Assembly: GCF_009914755.1 (NCBI RefSeq)
Contig: NC_060941.1
Reading direction: 5' to 3' (one strand)
Length of the DNA: 64,000 bases
Source: the human T2T-CHM13v2.0 reference genome, Homo sapiens
Part shown: positions 16,371-42,990 of the stretch, piece after piece
Numbering within the stretch: the first letter of the stretch is position 1
How the letters are laid out: each line of letters starts with the position of its first letter
The notes under the pieces: generated by a model
Databases searched by the model: none
The model's input: the letters and a program-made list of their open reading frames with translations, nothing else
Told to the model about the DNA's origin: nothing
Made by a program: the position numbers and the translations under genes

Positions 16371-18072
16371 ACATGTGTGTCTAGCAGAAGAAGCTGCCAT
16401 GGGAACTCTGGAGTGCAATGTTCCAGGGCCTGAGTCCATCTTCCCCTGGACTTGGATTCCCTTCTGTTTTCTGCCCTTCAGCATTTTATCTGTAGAGTGG
16501 TGGTGAACAGGTCAACTCTGAGACAGCCTGGGCCTGCTTTGAGGGCTGGAATGGAAAATGGGCTTGATAGAAAGGCAGATGCGTGGGACCAATTCCTGAT
16601 TCTGAGTATAGAATGGGTGGTGGTTGGGGGGTGGAGAGGAAAAGCCCCCTGCACAGAGAGCGAGAAGTTCTCTTCCTGGCTCATCTGTTGACTGTGGTGT
16701 GATGGTAGATTTCATCTCTGGGAACCTCGGTTTCTGCCTCACCACAAAGGGCTGTGAGGCTCAAGTCAGATCATGTGAGTGGAGACAGGACAGAAAGGTA
16801 CAAAGTGCTGCATAAAGGTAACGGGGGTTTGATCGGAACTGTTCCCCCTCTTCTCTCCCTGAGCCTGTGCTCCTGGTGACCAAGGTCAGATGTCCGGTGG
16901 TGACAGCCCCACCAGTAGCAGTCAAGACCAGCCATGCATGGGCCAAGGGGGCAGCCAGGTGGGTTTGAGCCTGGGCAGAACTAGTCTGTGGGTGGTGGGG
17001 GCAGGTGCAGTGAGGCCCAGGGAAGGACCCGGATAGGGACAGGGAGGGATTGGCTGGGACCCGGGTACCCCAGGCCCATGGAGTCCTTTATTTCTTCCTG
17101 AGTGCACTGTGCTCTTAAGAGCCTGCAATGCAGGCAGACATTGGTGGCCTTCCTAGCCCCTGGCTTCATCCCGTTCTTCTGTCGCTCCAACCATCCTGGT
17201 GGCTTTGGCCATGGACTTAACCTACCCAAGGAGAAAGAGTGATTGATTTCATCATGGTGCTAAGTGACCTTTGCTTCCCTCTCTGTATCTGGAGTTTCTT
17301 TGTCTCTTTAAGCGTCTGAAATGAGTGCAGCAAGCACTATTGACCCTTGCTCTGCAGGTGCTGGTGGCCACGGGAGGCCTGGAGCAGGCTGCAGCTGCCA
17401 GCCTCTCTTAAGCATCCCCCATACTCCATGCTGGGCGTTACATTTGATGAGCTCTTCCTTCCACCACCTCTCATCACAAGGTGGGGTCAGGCTCAGGCCC
17501 CTTCTTCTCCTCCCAGAAGGCTTGATCCATCCATCGATCTTCCCAGCACCTGTAATTGACAGGCTTGTGCAGATAACACTGTTGGCTCTTAGCCTTAAGG
17601 GTTGAAATGGTTGTGTGTGGCTTGCAGGGACCACCCAGTGGTCTTTTTCATCCTCCTGCTCTCTCCAGGCCACTTGGAAATATTGCGTATTAGGGGACAG
17701 GGAGGTGTGCCAGCCAGGGTAGTCATGAGACAGATGTCCCATATAGTCCCAGAACTAGGAGACTCCCAGCTAGTCTTGGTAGTTCCCAAGAACTGTGCTC
17801 CAGGCTCCAACTTCAATTTCCGTTTTCGAGAAATGGGCGTGGTGATCATCATGTTGGACTTGACCGTGCTCTACGGGAGCTGTGGGGCAGCCTGGAGGTT
17901 ATGCCTTTTTCTGCCCATCTTTCAGGGTTTCTGGCACATGGGATCCTGTAAAAGCAGTGGCGTGTCTGAGAGGGGATTGGGTTTGAGTATGGCTCCCAGG
18001 AGACACCTGGATGAAGCCTTCCTCAGAGACTGCGGTTTGGAAACCACTTTGATTTTCAGAGCCTGCTTCTTA

Positions 18073-18564
<492 letters not shown>

Positions 18565-18930
18565 TTATGGTGGGTAGTTATTTTGAGACAGCTCCCATCA
18601 TGGAGTTTATGAGGAGGAAGATATGGATTCTCTCATCATTTAGCAAATTCTGGCAGGCTGTCAGGGGAGAGCTCGAATCTGATGAATGTGATCCCTTTGT
18701 TGTGGAGTATCATACCTGGTGGGTTATTCCTGGGTAGAAAAAGCCTATCGCAATTCTTGTTTAAAAAAATTTTGTTGTGAAAATTCTCAAGCATACACAA
18801 AAGTAGAGAGAATAGGGTAACATAATACCTACTTTCAGCCATTATCAACTTACGGCCCCAATCTTGTTTCATTTATGTACCAATGCACTCCTCCACAAGA
18901 TTATTTTTTTGAAGTAAATCTCAGGTACTA

Positions 18931-19263
<333 letters not shown>

Positions 19264-19326
19264 TTAAGAATTCTTAAAAAAACCCCCGTAACACTACCGT
19301 TATTATACCCTCTAAATTAACAGTGA

Positions 19327-20092
<766 letters not shown>

Positions 20093-20786
20093 CACCCAAC
20101 TCTTTTTTTCTTACAATTTATTTATTGAAGAAACTGGACTGTTTGTCTTGTGGAGTTTCCCACAGTCAGGATTTTGTGGATGGCATCTCCTGGTGTTATT
20201 TAACATGTTCTGCTGTCCCCTGTGTTACCTGTAAGTTGGTATTTAGTTCTAGAGGCACCATCAGATTTGTTTTTTGTTGTTGATTGTTTGTTTTTTTTTT
20301 TTGGCAAGATCGTGCCATTAGTAATTGTGTAGTTGTCTCTTTTTGCGACGTTAGTCATTGTTGATTGATTTGTTTCTAGGGTGTGAACCTGGTATCGGGA
20401 GATTACCTGTGTCCTGCCATTGCAGGCAGCCCCATGAGCTGGCTGGACATGAGGACTGTGCCTGGGGTTTGTCCAGAATTCTGGCCTTGCAGTCCCAGAG
20501 TCCCAGAGCTGGAAGGGGCATGAGACAGGAGCCGATCCACTCCCTGGTCCCAGAACAGATGGCTGCTTGTTCTCTCCTTAGGAGGCAGCTGGGTCCTGCC
20601 CTTTCTGGAAGGGCCTGTCTCCTGTCCTCTTCTGTCTGATGTTTGAATGACACCCGGTGGGCTGTCGTTGCTTTAAAGAACAAACACCTCCCTTTAGCCA
20701 GCTTCCCACTATTCACTTCACCAAAGGTCTGAGGCCTTAGACCATTCGAGTTGAAGGGACAGAATGTGAGGTGCAAATGAGTTTAA

Positions 20787-21772
<986 letters not shown>

Positions 21773-21800
21773 AGCCCAAGAGGCCTCCTGGCTCCCCTAA

Positions 21801-22352
<552 letters not shown>

Positions 22353-23071
22353 TGAGATTGGGGACTGTCTCCCTTCTCTCTCCTTTCTTTCCTTCTGGAA
22401 GAGATTTTGTAGAGAATTGCAAATGATCACTTGCCCGTGTGTAGCTCTGTCATTATGCCTTGCCTCTGCATAGCTTTGGGACCCGTAGACGTGAGAGGGA
22501 CCAGGCTCAGCCATGACCGTCCTGAAGCTGGGGCCAGGAGCCAGGGCTCTTCTTGACTCTGCGTTCCTAAGTCTTGGGTCCTGGAACTGCCGCCTGATTG
22601 GCAGAGGCAGCCTCCCTTCATTTATGCCAAAGAGGGGCAGTGGGCGTCTGAATTAGTGGACAGTCGCCATTAGCCAATATATATATTTTTCTAAATGCAG
22701 TTTTATCTCTTTGGAGCTTGTGTGGTGCACAGATGGCTGCTTACCAGGATGTTGCCAAATAGAGGGCTTGTCAGGCCTGTTCGGTGAAATCAACGAAAAG
22801 CACTTCTGTTCAGACGGGGGCTGCTGAAGGGCCCAGGAAGTCTCTCAGTCATTTTAAGCAGATGAAGCACCCCCACGCCCCCCAACTCCCTGCCCCTCAA
22901 CAAACTCAGTTTCTTTGCCTACTGAATCCATAAAAAGTAAGTGAGGTAGGCAAGATGATTTCAGGTGGACAAGTGCTTTTTATTTTAATAGCTACTTTAA
23001 GAAATGAATCCTGGCAAGTGATACTGGTTTTCCATGTATGATAGTTATATAACGTTAGAAAACCCGAATAT

Positions 23072-23679
<608 letters not shown>

Positions 23680-24128
23680 TTAAGCTTATCAGTTATGAAC
23701 ACTGTATTTCATGAAGGCTGGAGCTCCAGCCAAGTCCTTTCCAGAGTCCTCCAGGGCTGGGCAGCCTGGCTGGGAGCTGGGGACGCCTCTGGAGACATGT
23801 CGGCCCCATGTGTGTCCTGAGACAGCTGACCTTGCCTTATGGTTAGTCCATTTCTCCAAAGGCAGGAGTTGCGGGGGGCCTGTGGATGAGAGCCACCCCC
23901 TCCCTTCTTTCTCCCTCTTCTGCCTTTTTCTCTTTCTTTACTGTAAAGATCTTTATCAGTCACACTGAATGCTGTGTGGCAGGATCAGGGCACTGTGATG
24001 ATACCTGTTGTCAAGAGGGCTTACTCTGGGGGGTAAAGCAACTTGTAAGAACCCCATAAGGGAGGCATCTCTCTTGTCTTTGGTTGATGGATGGGGCTGA
24101 GTTAAGAGTCTAGTAAGAGTGGAGGTAG

Positions 24129-24449
<321 letters not shown>

Positions 24450-25289
24450 TCACCGTCTTGTCCCGTACGTAGCAGCATGCCATCCTGACTGCGGAGAGTG
24501 CAGACAGCAGCAGCCCTGCCACCTAGGAGCTTGCAGTCTGAGGCGGAGGTGGGGAGTGGGCCCCTGCAGACTCCTCATATGGTTAGGAAGCCTGTCCTCT
24601 GGACCAGACACAGTCCTAGGTGCTGAGGACGCAGCAGTGGGCAGCAGAGAAGCAAAGCCCTGTCTGGCTGGAGCGTCCATGCCTGATGGGTGTTATTCTG
24701 CCCACATACTTTGTTTTTTCCTTTGGAGCTGATATTTTAGAATTGGAAGATTCCACATTGTGAATCTGTTTTTCAGTCTTGAGAAATCAGAAGCTCTGGG
24801 AACACTGGCTGGACTGGCCTTCCCTCATTACACCTCAACTTCTAGCTACCTGATCAGTACAGGGCTGGTAGCCTCCTGCTCACTGCAGCCCACCTACACC
24901 TGGCCACACCTTTGCTACCTGCCCCTTCCCTGAAGGACGGGACGTACGGTGTGGGGAGCAGGAGGCTGGGGGTTGGGAGCTCTGGGTGTAACCCTGTGAA
25001 CACAGAGGCTGGGGGTTGCATCCCAGTCCTGTGCGTCCTTTGGGACTTCTTGGTCTTGGCAGATCCATTGCGATGAGAAAGGAGGGGTCCCGGCAGCCTA
25101 GCGGGGCGCCCTGTGGGAGCTGGGCTGCAGAATGGCCACTGTGGATTTGCCTTCAAGTATTCCTCCTCCCTCCCCCTCCTGAATTACCTCCAAACAAAAT
25201 GACAGAAGTTATGGGAGGCTGCGCGTCGCAGTACAGAAACTCAGGAATAACGTGAGAAGGGACAGAGACAGAAACACTCGTGGATACCC

Positions 25290-25490
25290 GCTCTGGGCCT
25301 GCACCTGCCTGGTACTTATGCTTCACTTACCTCATTTCATTCTCTGCATGACACTGATGATCATTATCTTCATTCTTCATAGAGGAGAAAGCTGAGGTTC
25401 AAAAGGGATGGCGTCTCCAATGTCACCTAGCTCGTATAACAGAGCTGGGATTCCAATCTGTCTGGTGCCAAATTCTATGCTTTTTCTCCC
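25290..25490 (-). mobile_element. MIR
   Basis: atagaggagaaagctgaggttc...cagagctgggattccaa. Confidence 0.65.
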
Positions 25491-26937
25491 ACCACCAATT
25501 ATATGGTGACCCTGGCTGAGGTACTTAACACCCCCGTGCTACAGTCCAATGAAGTAGATTGAAGTGCAGCTCAGAGAGACCAGGTGTCCTGGTCAAGACT
25601 CCAAAACTCTGTTTTGGGTCTCCTGTTAAGGAGTTAAGAACTCTGGCACCCTAGAACATTCTGGTTGTTTTTAAAGGAAGGGATCAGATGGGTCTCTGGA
25701 ACAGCTGGGCTTCTTTTGAATGCTTAGCCTGAGCTAAGGGGAGGGTGGAGCCTAGAGCAGGGAAAGGTCTGTCCTGTCAGGTGTCAGATAAGCTGAAAGG
25801 TCTCCTGGCTGCTGGCCTCACTAATGAGAACAGAAATTCTCACTTCTCGATATGAACTGGAAGGTCCCGGCTGCAGCCTGGGTTACCTGTGCCATCTGTA
25901 TTTTAATAGAACGTCTATTTTAATAAGATCTTTGAGATGCACAGACAGAAACAGCATGTAAATCAATAGGTCACTGAAACAGGCCATCTGAAAACGAGAT
26001 CTGCAAATGTGCCAGGAAGGGCTTTTGAGAGTGACAGCAATAAATGCCCCTTGTGGATGGCCAGAAGGTCCCCCAAGGGTATGGCCACATGGAGGCAGGA
26101 CTCAGCCGTGGTGCAAGTGATGGGAACCGAGATGCCTGGCTTCCACATTGCAGCTCCTCTGACCCCCAGCCCCCTTCTAGAAAGGGCTGCCAGCCCTCTT
26201 GGTGGCATCTGCCCCTCTCTTTCCCCTCCATGAATGCAAATGCAAGCTGCAGTCCCTCCTTAAATGGATTGTGTCCCAAACGTTCATTCACTCATTCAGT
26301 TCACCTCCATCAATATGCGGGTGCCCTCCCTGCCTCCAGCAGCCCATGCTCCTGAAGCAGAGATCAACCATGGAATGTGAATCCAAGACAGAAGAGGGAG
26401 GTGTGGAGAAGAGGTGCAGGGAGCCCTGGAGGTCAGAAGAAAGGGGGACCGCCCAAGGAAGGCTGCCTGGAGTTGGTGGCATTTGAAGTGGGCCTCGGGG
26501 ACTGGACAGGATGTCTGAAGGGAGAGATGGAGTGGGAAGCACATCCCCAAAGGAGACAGTGGAAGACAAGGGGCCAAGATAAAAAAACAGGGGCCCGCTC
26601 AGATCCCACCTTGGCTGTGGTGTGGATTCCCTGCTGGGGAACGTGGGAGATGAGGCTGTTAGGGCGGCCTGGGGCCATTTCGTGTTAGGTGTTGAATGCT
26701 GGGGAAAGAAGGGCAGGTCAGGCTGTGGGAGGCTTCCCTGCTCCCCGCCTCCCCTAGACTCAGGGCAGTTGGTACCCCAGTTAGAATACAAAAACAGAGT
26801 CAGTCAGTGTTATACATGAAACAATTCTGTAACATTTGTGTTATTGTGATTTTTATTAAATAGAGGTTTGGGGCCCAAGGGCCTTTGTGTTGGTGAGGCA
26901 GTAGATAATACCCCCAAATGTCCCTTCTGATTGGTAA

Positions 26938-27554
<617 letters not shown>

Positions 27555-27576
27555 TCTGATTGGTCATTTAGCTGAT

Positions 27577-28132
27577 TTAGTCAAGAAACTTTTGGTTTGA
27601 AGTGGCAAGCCCCAATTCAAATTAATGTAAAGAAAAAATGAAGCTTTGGGGTTTAGGTAACTGGAAGGTTCAAGGGGGACGGATTCAGGCCTGGCTGGAT
27701 CGAGAGCTCCAGTGGGGTCTTTGGACACTGGTTCTTTCACCCCGTCTCTAGGCTGTGCCTTCCTTTGGGTTGCCTTCGTCCTCAGGTACCTTATCCACGA
27801 AGATGGACGATGGCTGCCCTGGGCTGACCTTCTACCCACTTAGCAATACCAACAGGAAGAGCAAATCTGTTTCCCAATCATTTCAGCAGATGTCCCAGGG
27901 ATGGCTCACCCTGGACAGAAAGTGAGTCACATACGCATCCCTGAACTTTGGCCAGAGGGGTGGGATACACTGATTCATGAAGTCTAGGTCTTACGCCCAC
28001 CGCTGGTTCCCGGGATGCAGGGACTTGGCTGGGAGTATAGGAGGGATGGGTCACCTAAGGAAACCTGGCATGTTGCTCTCAGAAGCTCAGGGGATGGAAG
28101 CTGGGCAGTAAAAATGCCAACAGCTGTCCACT
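27577..28132 (-). mobile_element. MLT1 (J/K/L-like) MaLR LTR
   Basis: ttagtcaag...gtggcaagcccc...caggcctggctggatc resembles old MLT1 LTRs. Confidence 0.6.
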
Positions 28133-28666
28133 CTGCTGGCCCTAGTGGCTTAGTTGATGCTGATCTTGGCACGGTCTTGTCAACTTGGCTGGTGGCTGCA
28201 GCTGCTGGTACCCTCCCAGACGCAAGGAGGCTTCCTTCTGCCTTGGCTGGATGAGGTGTGCTTTCTTCTTCACGGATGCAGCTCGCGGGATCCCCAAGCC
28301 TTTGGTAGTAAACACACTTCCTGGGCTGTCTTTTCTCTGAGTCCATTCTGAACATCAAAGCATTCAGCCTGTGACCGCGCTGGACCTGGTCTGAGAGGAC
28401 AGCCTGGCTTTGCTCGGGGTTGGCTCTCGGCTCTGGGATTGGATAATGTGTCCCCTTCCTGTTTTGCTTATGCTTTGTGGCACCCAGCTGCCCTCCACCC
28501 CAGAAGGTCCGGATTCCTTGAATACAGATTGCCCCTCCTTCCAGACGTCTGGCCAGTGGATGCTTTTGGTTACGAGGCCCTGGCTGAGAGAAGGGCTGGC
28601 TCTCTGCTATCCATCCCCCTGGTGGAGGGCCAGGCCCAGAGGAAGTCTCAGAGGTCTTAGAGATAG

Positions 28667-29558
<892 letters not shown>

Positions 29559-29569
29559 CTATCTACTCT

Positions 29570-29806
29570 TATAGTGTATAGTATGCTTATATGAGGCACC
29601 TAGAATAGGCAAATTCCTAGGGGCAGAAAGTAGAATAGAGGTTGCCAGGTGTTGGAGGGAAAGAGAATTTTTGTTGAATGTGTACAAAGTTCCTGTTCGG
29701 GATGATGATAAAGTTCTGGAAATGGACAATGGGGTTAGTTGTACAACGATGTAAATGCCACTGAATTGCAAACTTAAAAAGGGGTAAAATGATGAAAAAA
29801 AAAAAA
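29570..29806 (+). mobile_element. L1MB 3' end
   Basis: ctagaataggcaaattc...cagaaagtagaatagaggttgccagg...gttctggaaatggac, followed by an A tail. Confidence 0.85.
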
Positions 29807-30474
29807 CCTAAACAAACTTTATGCAAAACCTTAATATGTACAATAGAAAAAGCGTTCCTCTGGTTGAAGATGGGGTGGGCTGGCTGGTGGTTCTCGCCTG
29901 GTCTCTGTGAATGCTCAGCTGAGTTGGGAACCAAAGTGCCTTGGGGACTCCAGGGAAGCAGCAGCCCTCCCTTCCCCAACAGCCCACGTTCTGAAGTTGA
30001 AGGTCCCTCAGGGCTCTGTCCTGCCCAAGCTCACACCCCCACTGAGGGTCACGTGTTGCTGGGGAAGGTCAGGTCCCGGGAGCAGGTGCGGGCAGCGCTG
30101 GGCCACCTTCTGCGAGCTCCCTTCTCATCCTGACATTTCCCTTTCCTGCAGTCTTGGGCTCATGGCCAGCCGTCAGCCAGCACCCTGTGGCGCTCTCCTA
30201 GGAGGCTGATCTGGTGAGCGGGGACGTATAGGGGGTCAGCAAGTGGCCCAGGTGGAACGTGGCTCCGGGCCACGTGAGTGGAGGGCTTGAGTTTTGTGAC
30301 CACAATGTGGATGCCCTCTGTGACCTGCTGGCCTGCTTTGAGATGGGCAGCAGCTACTCCAGGGTGCGTTGACCTGCAGAGCAGGCCTCAGGGGTGGGAA
30401 TCTGTATGGCCCCTGACCCCGGCATGGCCTCAGAACCTTCCTCAGAGTGCACTCTGTGCTGCTGCTTGACAATC

Positions 30475-30771
30475 TTTTTTTTTTTTTTTGGAGATGGAGT
30501 CTCGCACTGTCACCCGGGCTGGAATGCAATGGTGCAATCTCGGCTCACTGTAACCTCCCTCCCAAGTTCAAGTGATTCTCCTTGCCTTAGCCTCCCGAGT
30601 AGCTGGGATTACAGGCGCCCACCACCACACCTGGCTAATTTTTTTGTATTTTTAGTAAATACGGGGTTTTACTATGTTGGCCAGGCTGGTCTCAAACTCC
30701 TGACCTCGTGATCTGCCTGCCTCGTCCTCCCAAAGTGCTGGGATTACAGGCATGAGCCACCGTGCCCTGCC
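30475..30771 (-). mobile_element. AluS
   Basis: TSD TGACAATCT. Confidence 0.95.
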
Positions 30772-31044
30772 TGACAATCTGGTTTTTGAAAGAAATGTTT
30801 ATTATATTTTAAAAATCCTTGTTCCTTGCAGAAAATTTGGAAAACACAGAAAAGCACAAGGATTAAAATAAAAATCACCTTCAGTCCCACAAGGGAGACT
30901 GTAGAGATATTAACGTTTAATATTTTTTTTGTGGTCTTTTTTTTCTATGCAAAAGCACACCCTTTCACGTAATATACTTACATCTGCATCTACGTCTGTT
31001 TCTCTGTATTGTAACAAAGGCGGGATTATACTTTAGGTACAGTA

Positions 31045-31925
<881 letters not shown>

Positions 31926-32296
31926 GACAAAAGCTGCTTTGGAGTTGGTGCCAGCCACGGGGGTGCCAGCACGGCGTGTTGGGTGAGCACGTGGACCCTC
32001 ACCTTCATGCTGATTTCATTGGGGTTCAATTGGTACCATCCCATGGGCGGTACAGTTTGGCAGTAGCTGTCTCCATTATCCATGCTATCCTCCTTGACCC
32101 AGTGAGCCACCTCTGGGGATCTGTCAGATGTGCATCTTTCCACACACGTGGAATGACGTAGAATGAGGTCATTCACGGCAATATTATTTGAAATAGCAAA
32201 ACACTGGAAACAACCAAATCCCTATTCATAGTGAACTGGCTGCCTAAATTATTTCACATTCATGCCATGGACTAACTACTTAAAATAGAATGATGA

Positions 32297-33027
<731 letters not shown>

Positions 33028-33050
33028 CTTGATGGAAAGTTCTCCCTAGA

Positions 33051-33895
<845 letters not shown>

Positions 33896-34046
33896 TCACA
33901 GGCTGAATAAGTGGACAGATTGGGACAAGGATAAGACAAAATAGGCCTTCTAATAATTTTGGCGTTTGAGCCCTGCTAATGTATTCCTCATTCAAAACTC
34001 AACAGACCAGTTTCCTTTTGGGGTGATGAAAAAGTTATGGAATTAG

Positions 34047-34439
<393 letters not shown>

Positions 34440-35277
34440 TAGCTCTCTGACTGTGGACAAGTTACCTGATTTCTCAAAGAATCAGTTTCTCATTTGTAAA
34501 GTGTGGATAATAAAAGAGTCTGTATTCTGCAGATTAAATAAGAGGCATAAGATTGAGCTCTGTGCCTGGGGAACAATGGGTACACCCTCCCTCCCCTTTC
34601 TCCCCTCTGCCAACTGGACATTTGCATTTAAATGGGGACTCTTGAAGACTAAAAACACTCTAAACTCCAAGGGAGGAATGGTTGGAATTTCAGAAAAATT
34701 CATAGCTCTTATCTAGGGTAAGGTCTGGGTCTTTTCCTGTGGAGAGTTAAGCTTTTAGGTCCTCCTCACCTGAGGCCCCGGGCTGACGGAGGCATTGGAA
34801 GCTTGTAAAAGTCAGGGCTGAGATGACCTATCTACAAAGAGCATTTCTGGCACCCTCATTTCAAGCAGGTATTCAGTGTATGTGCATAAGAATGACGTGG
34901 AGAGGAAAGGAGAAAGAGGTGGAAAAGGGGGAGGGAGAAAGGACCCGATCAAGGTCAACAGCCTGAACCAGTCAGAGGCCTCAGCCTGGGGCTGGATTCT
35001 GGAGGAAATGAGACGGTAGGTGCTACATCACCCATGGAAACAAAGGAGCAGCCACCCAGCCAGGAAAAGCCCCAAACCCTTGAAACCCCACGTTTAGCTT
35101 GCGAGCTCTCTGCTCTCCTGTATAGCAGAAGTTCTTGAAGTTCTGCCTCTGCTTCTCACCAATGCCCAGCAGCCACTCTGGTTCTGGACCCGGTGGTCAC
35201 CCTCTGCCCTCAGTTTGGCATCCCTCACACAGCCTCATACTCGCTTCTCAAAAGGCTGTCTCCATTTTGCTCATGAC

Positions 35278-36024
<747 letters not shown>

Positions 36025-36175
36025 CGACAGTGAATGTCTTGCCCTCCTGGTTTCCCTCCGTCTCGCCGCCTGTCTGTCTCATCCTCCTCCTCTGCTGGCC
36101 TTCCACCTGCTGTCGTGCCTGGGCCCCTTCCTCTTCTCTGTCTCCCTTGGTGATCTCCGCTTGGACATCCGATAG

Positions 36176-36583
<408 letters not shown>

Positions 36584-36589
36584 TACATT

Positions 36590-37594
<1,005 letters not shown>

Positions 37595-37725
37595 TGATGC
37601 ATCCAGAGACGGATCATATCTCCCATCTCCACCACGGTCTTTTGAGGCCAGTCCATCATCAGCTGTCACCTGGATTATTGAGGAACCTTTCAGCCAGCCT
37701 CCCTGCGGCCATGTTTTTCCCCTTA

Positions 37726-38086
<361 letters not shown>

Positions 38087-38382
38087 TTAAATGAATGCCT
38101 GAAATTTGGTTTTAGTGAATGAATGCTTGAAATTTGGTTCTCATGGTGAGGGTGACAGGAAGCCATTTCAAGGCCTTAGATAGGGGGCTCATATGATCAG
38201 GTTGACATTTTGGAAGGTCCCTGTAGCTCCTGGGGGAGACAGTTTGGGAGTGGGACCAGAGTGGGATCCTGGAGATTGGCTGGGAAGGTGTCAGTGGCTT
38301 GGAGATGATGGTGGAGGGGGATTGGGGTGCATTGACTGAGCTGAGAGACGTGTAGGAGGCAGAGTGAAAGGCTTGTTGTTAG

Positions 38383-38532
38383 AGCTGTGCTTAATACACT
38401 TTCATGGACACACGCGTTACCTGGCATCCTCTGGAAATGCAGATGCGTAAAGGTGGGTCTGGGCTGGGTCCTGGAGTCTGCTTTTGGGTGACATTATGTT
38501 GCCGGCCGGGGACACACTTAGAGTAGCAAGGG
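38383..38532. mobile_element. MER5-like DNA transposon fragment
   Basis: aaatgcagatg...ggggacacacttagagtagcaagg. Confidence 0.6.
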
Positions 38533-39464
38533 GTTGGGTGTCAGGCATAAGGGAAGGGGAGTCGGGAACACATTGTGCCTTTAATTGCAAGAGAACCTAG
38601 GAGGAGGAGCAGGTTGGGGGAAACGATGAGGTCATTTAGGGACACATTGGGTTCGAGGTGCCTGTGAGACCCCCCCGGGGATGTGGCATCTGGAGCTCAG
38701 CCCAGGCTGGCGGTGGAAAATGAGGAGTCGTCCTTGGGTTGGTGGGTGCAGCCTTGGTGTGGGTGAGGCTGAGTGGGAGAGGGCACAGGGAGGGTGGTCA
38801 GAGCTGCGGAAGCCCCTGTCTGTATGCCGTATCGCTGACTCGAAAGGTGCATCACCTAGGCAAGGGCGTTGGTTAGGTGGTCTAACCACCACCCCTTCCG
38901 ATCATGGCTTAGGTGGTCTAACCAACACCCTTGGTTTAGGGCAGGGGTTTCTCTCGCTGGTTCCTGCTGGTTCATCAGCCTAACTAAGGAAGGGAGCAGG
39001 AGCCTCTCCCCTGAAGGAGGCGGCAGCCTGTGGGCCCATGAGGGAAGCCAGCCAACCCTGGCTCTCTGCTTCTGATGCACCTGTCCCAGTGGGCCTGTCC
39101 GGAAGCATTTGGGTATCCCTGCTGCCCAGGAGCCCCACGGTGGACTCAGGCAAACCTGGGCCCCAGAGCCCACTTAGCCACTTGGTAGCTGCGTGAGCAC
39201 GCGCAAGGTGCTGCAGCTTGCTGGGCCCCGGTTTTCTCATCCGTGTGATGGGGTAATAATAGTGCCCTCTTCCCGTGACGGTTGTGACGATCAGTGAGAT
39301 GGGGTGTGTGACATGCTGAGCCCGGAGGCCGGCGCTGGCCAGTGCTCAGTGAGGTTCTGTTATCTCTGGAGGGTGTGGCAAGGTCAGGATGGACACTGGC
39401 CTTGCCTCCTCCTTCCTGCCCTACCCACTGCATGCACCTGGCTTGGCCCCACCTCCAAGCCCTT

Positions 39465-40186
<722 letters not shown>

Positions 40187-40799
40187 TTACTTTTTTCCTC
40201 CTGAGCCCTACTGTAATGCTTGGAGAGTTTGGGGGGCTGGTGAGGGCAGGATCATCTGCTGTCTGTTCATGTCTCCCAAGAGACCGCAGGGTCCTTCAGG
40301 CTGGGTGGGTGCTGAATATCCAATGGGGACCAGGTAGGCCTGATTCCTGCCCTCCTGGAGCTCACCGTCCAGCGGGAAGGACAGGCATCAGACTGATCGT
40401 GACAACTGAGGGGCTGGGAGCAGGGGGCTGGGAGCAGGGTGCCGTGGTGGCAGAGAGCACGGGGACTGATGGATGACATCGGAAGGGAGGGACATTCAGG
40501 CAGAGACCTGGAGGATGATTAGGATACAGGAAGACGAAGGCTTGGGGGGGATGGGAGTGTGGGTGAGAGAAGGGTCTAGACAGAGGGAGTAGTGTGAGTG
40601 GGAGGGCTCATCACAGGAACCCACAGGCTGTGTAGACCGGTTGGGGCAGGTGTGGAGAGGAAGTGAGAGGGGTGGGAGATGAGGCTGGGTGGGGCCGTTG
40701 GGACAAGGGGGTGCGGAGAGTTGGGTTTGAGCCACATGGTCATGGGAGCCATGGAAGGAGGACAGAATAATCCACCTCACATTTATTTTTCACCTTCTT

Positions 40800-42990
<2,191 letters not shown>

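Noticed and set aside
38087-38139. Short direct repeat AATGAATGCyTGAAATTTGGTT x2
   Set aside because: A two-copy local duplication beside a tailless Alu with no further structure.
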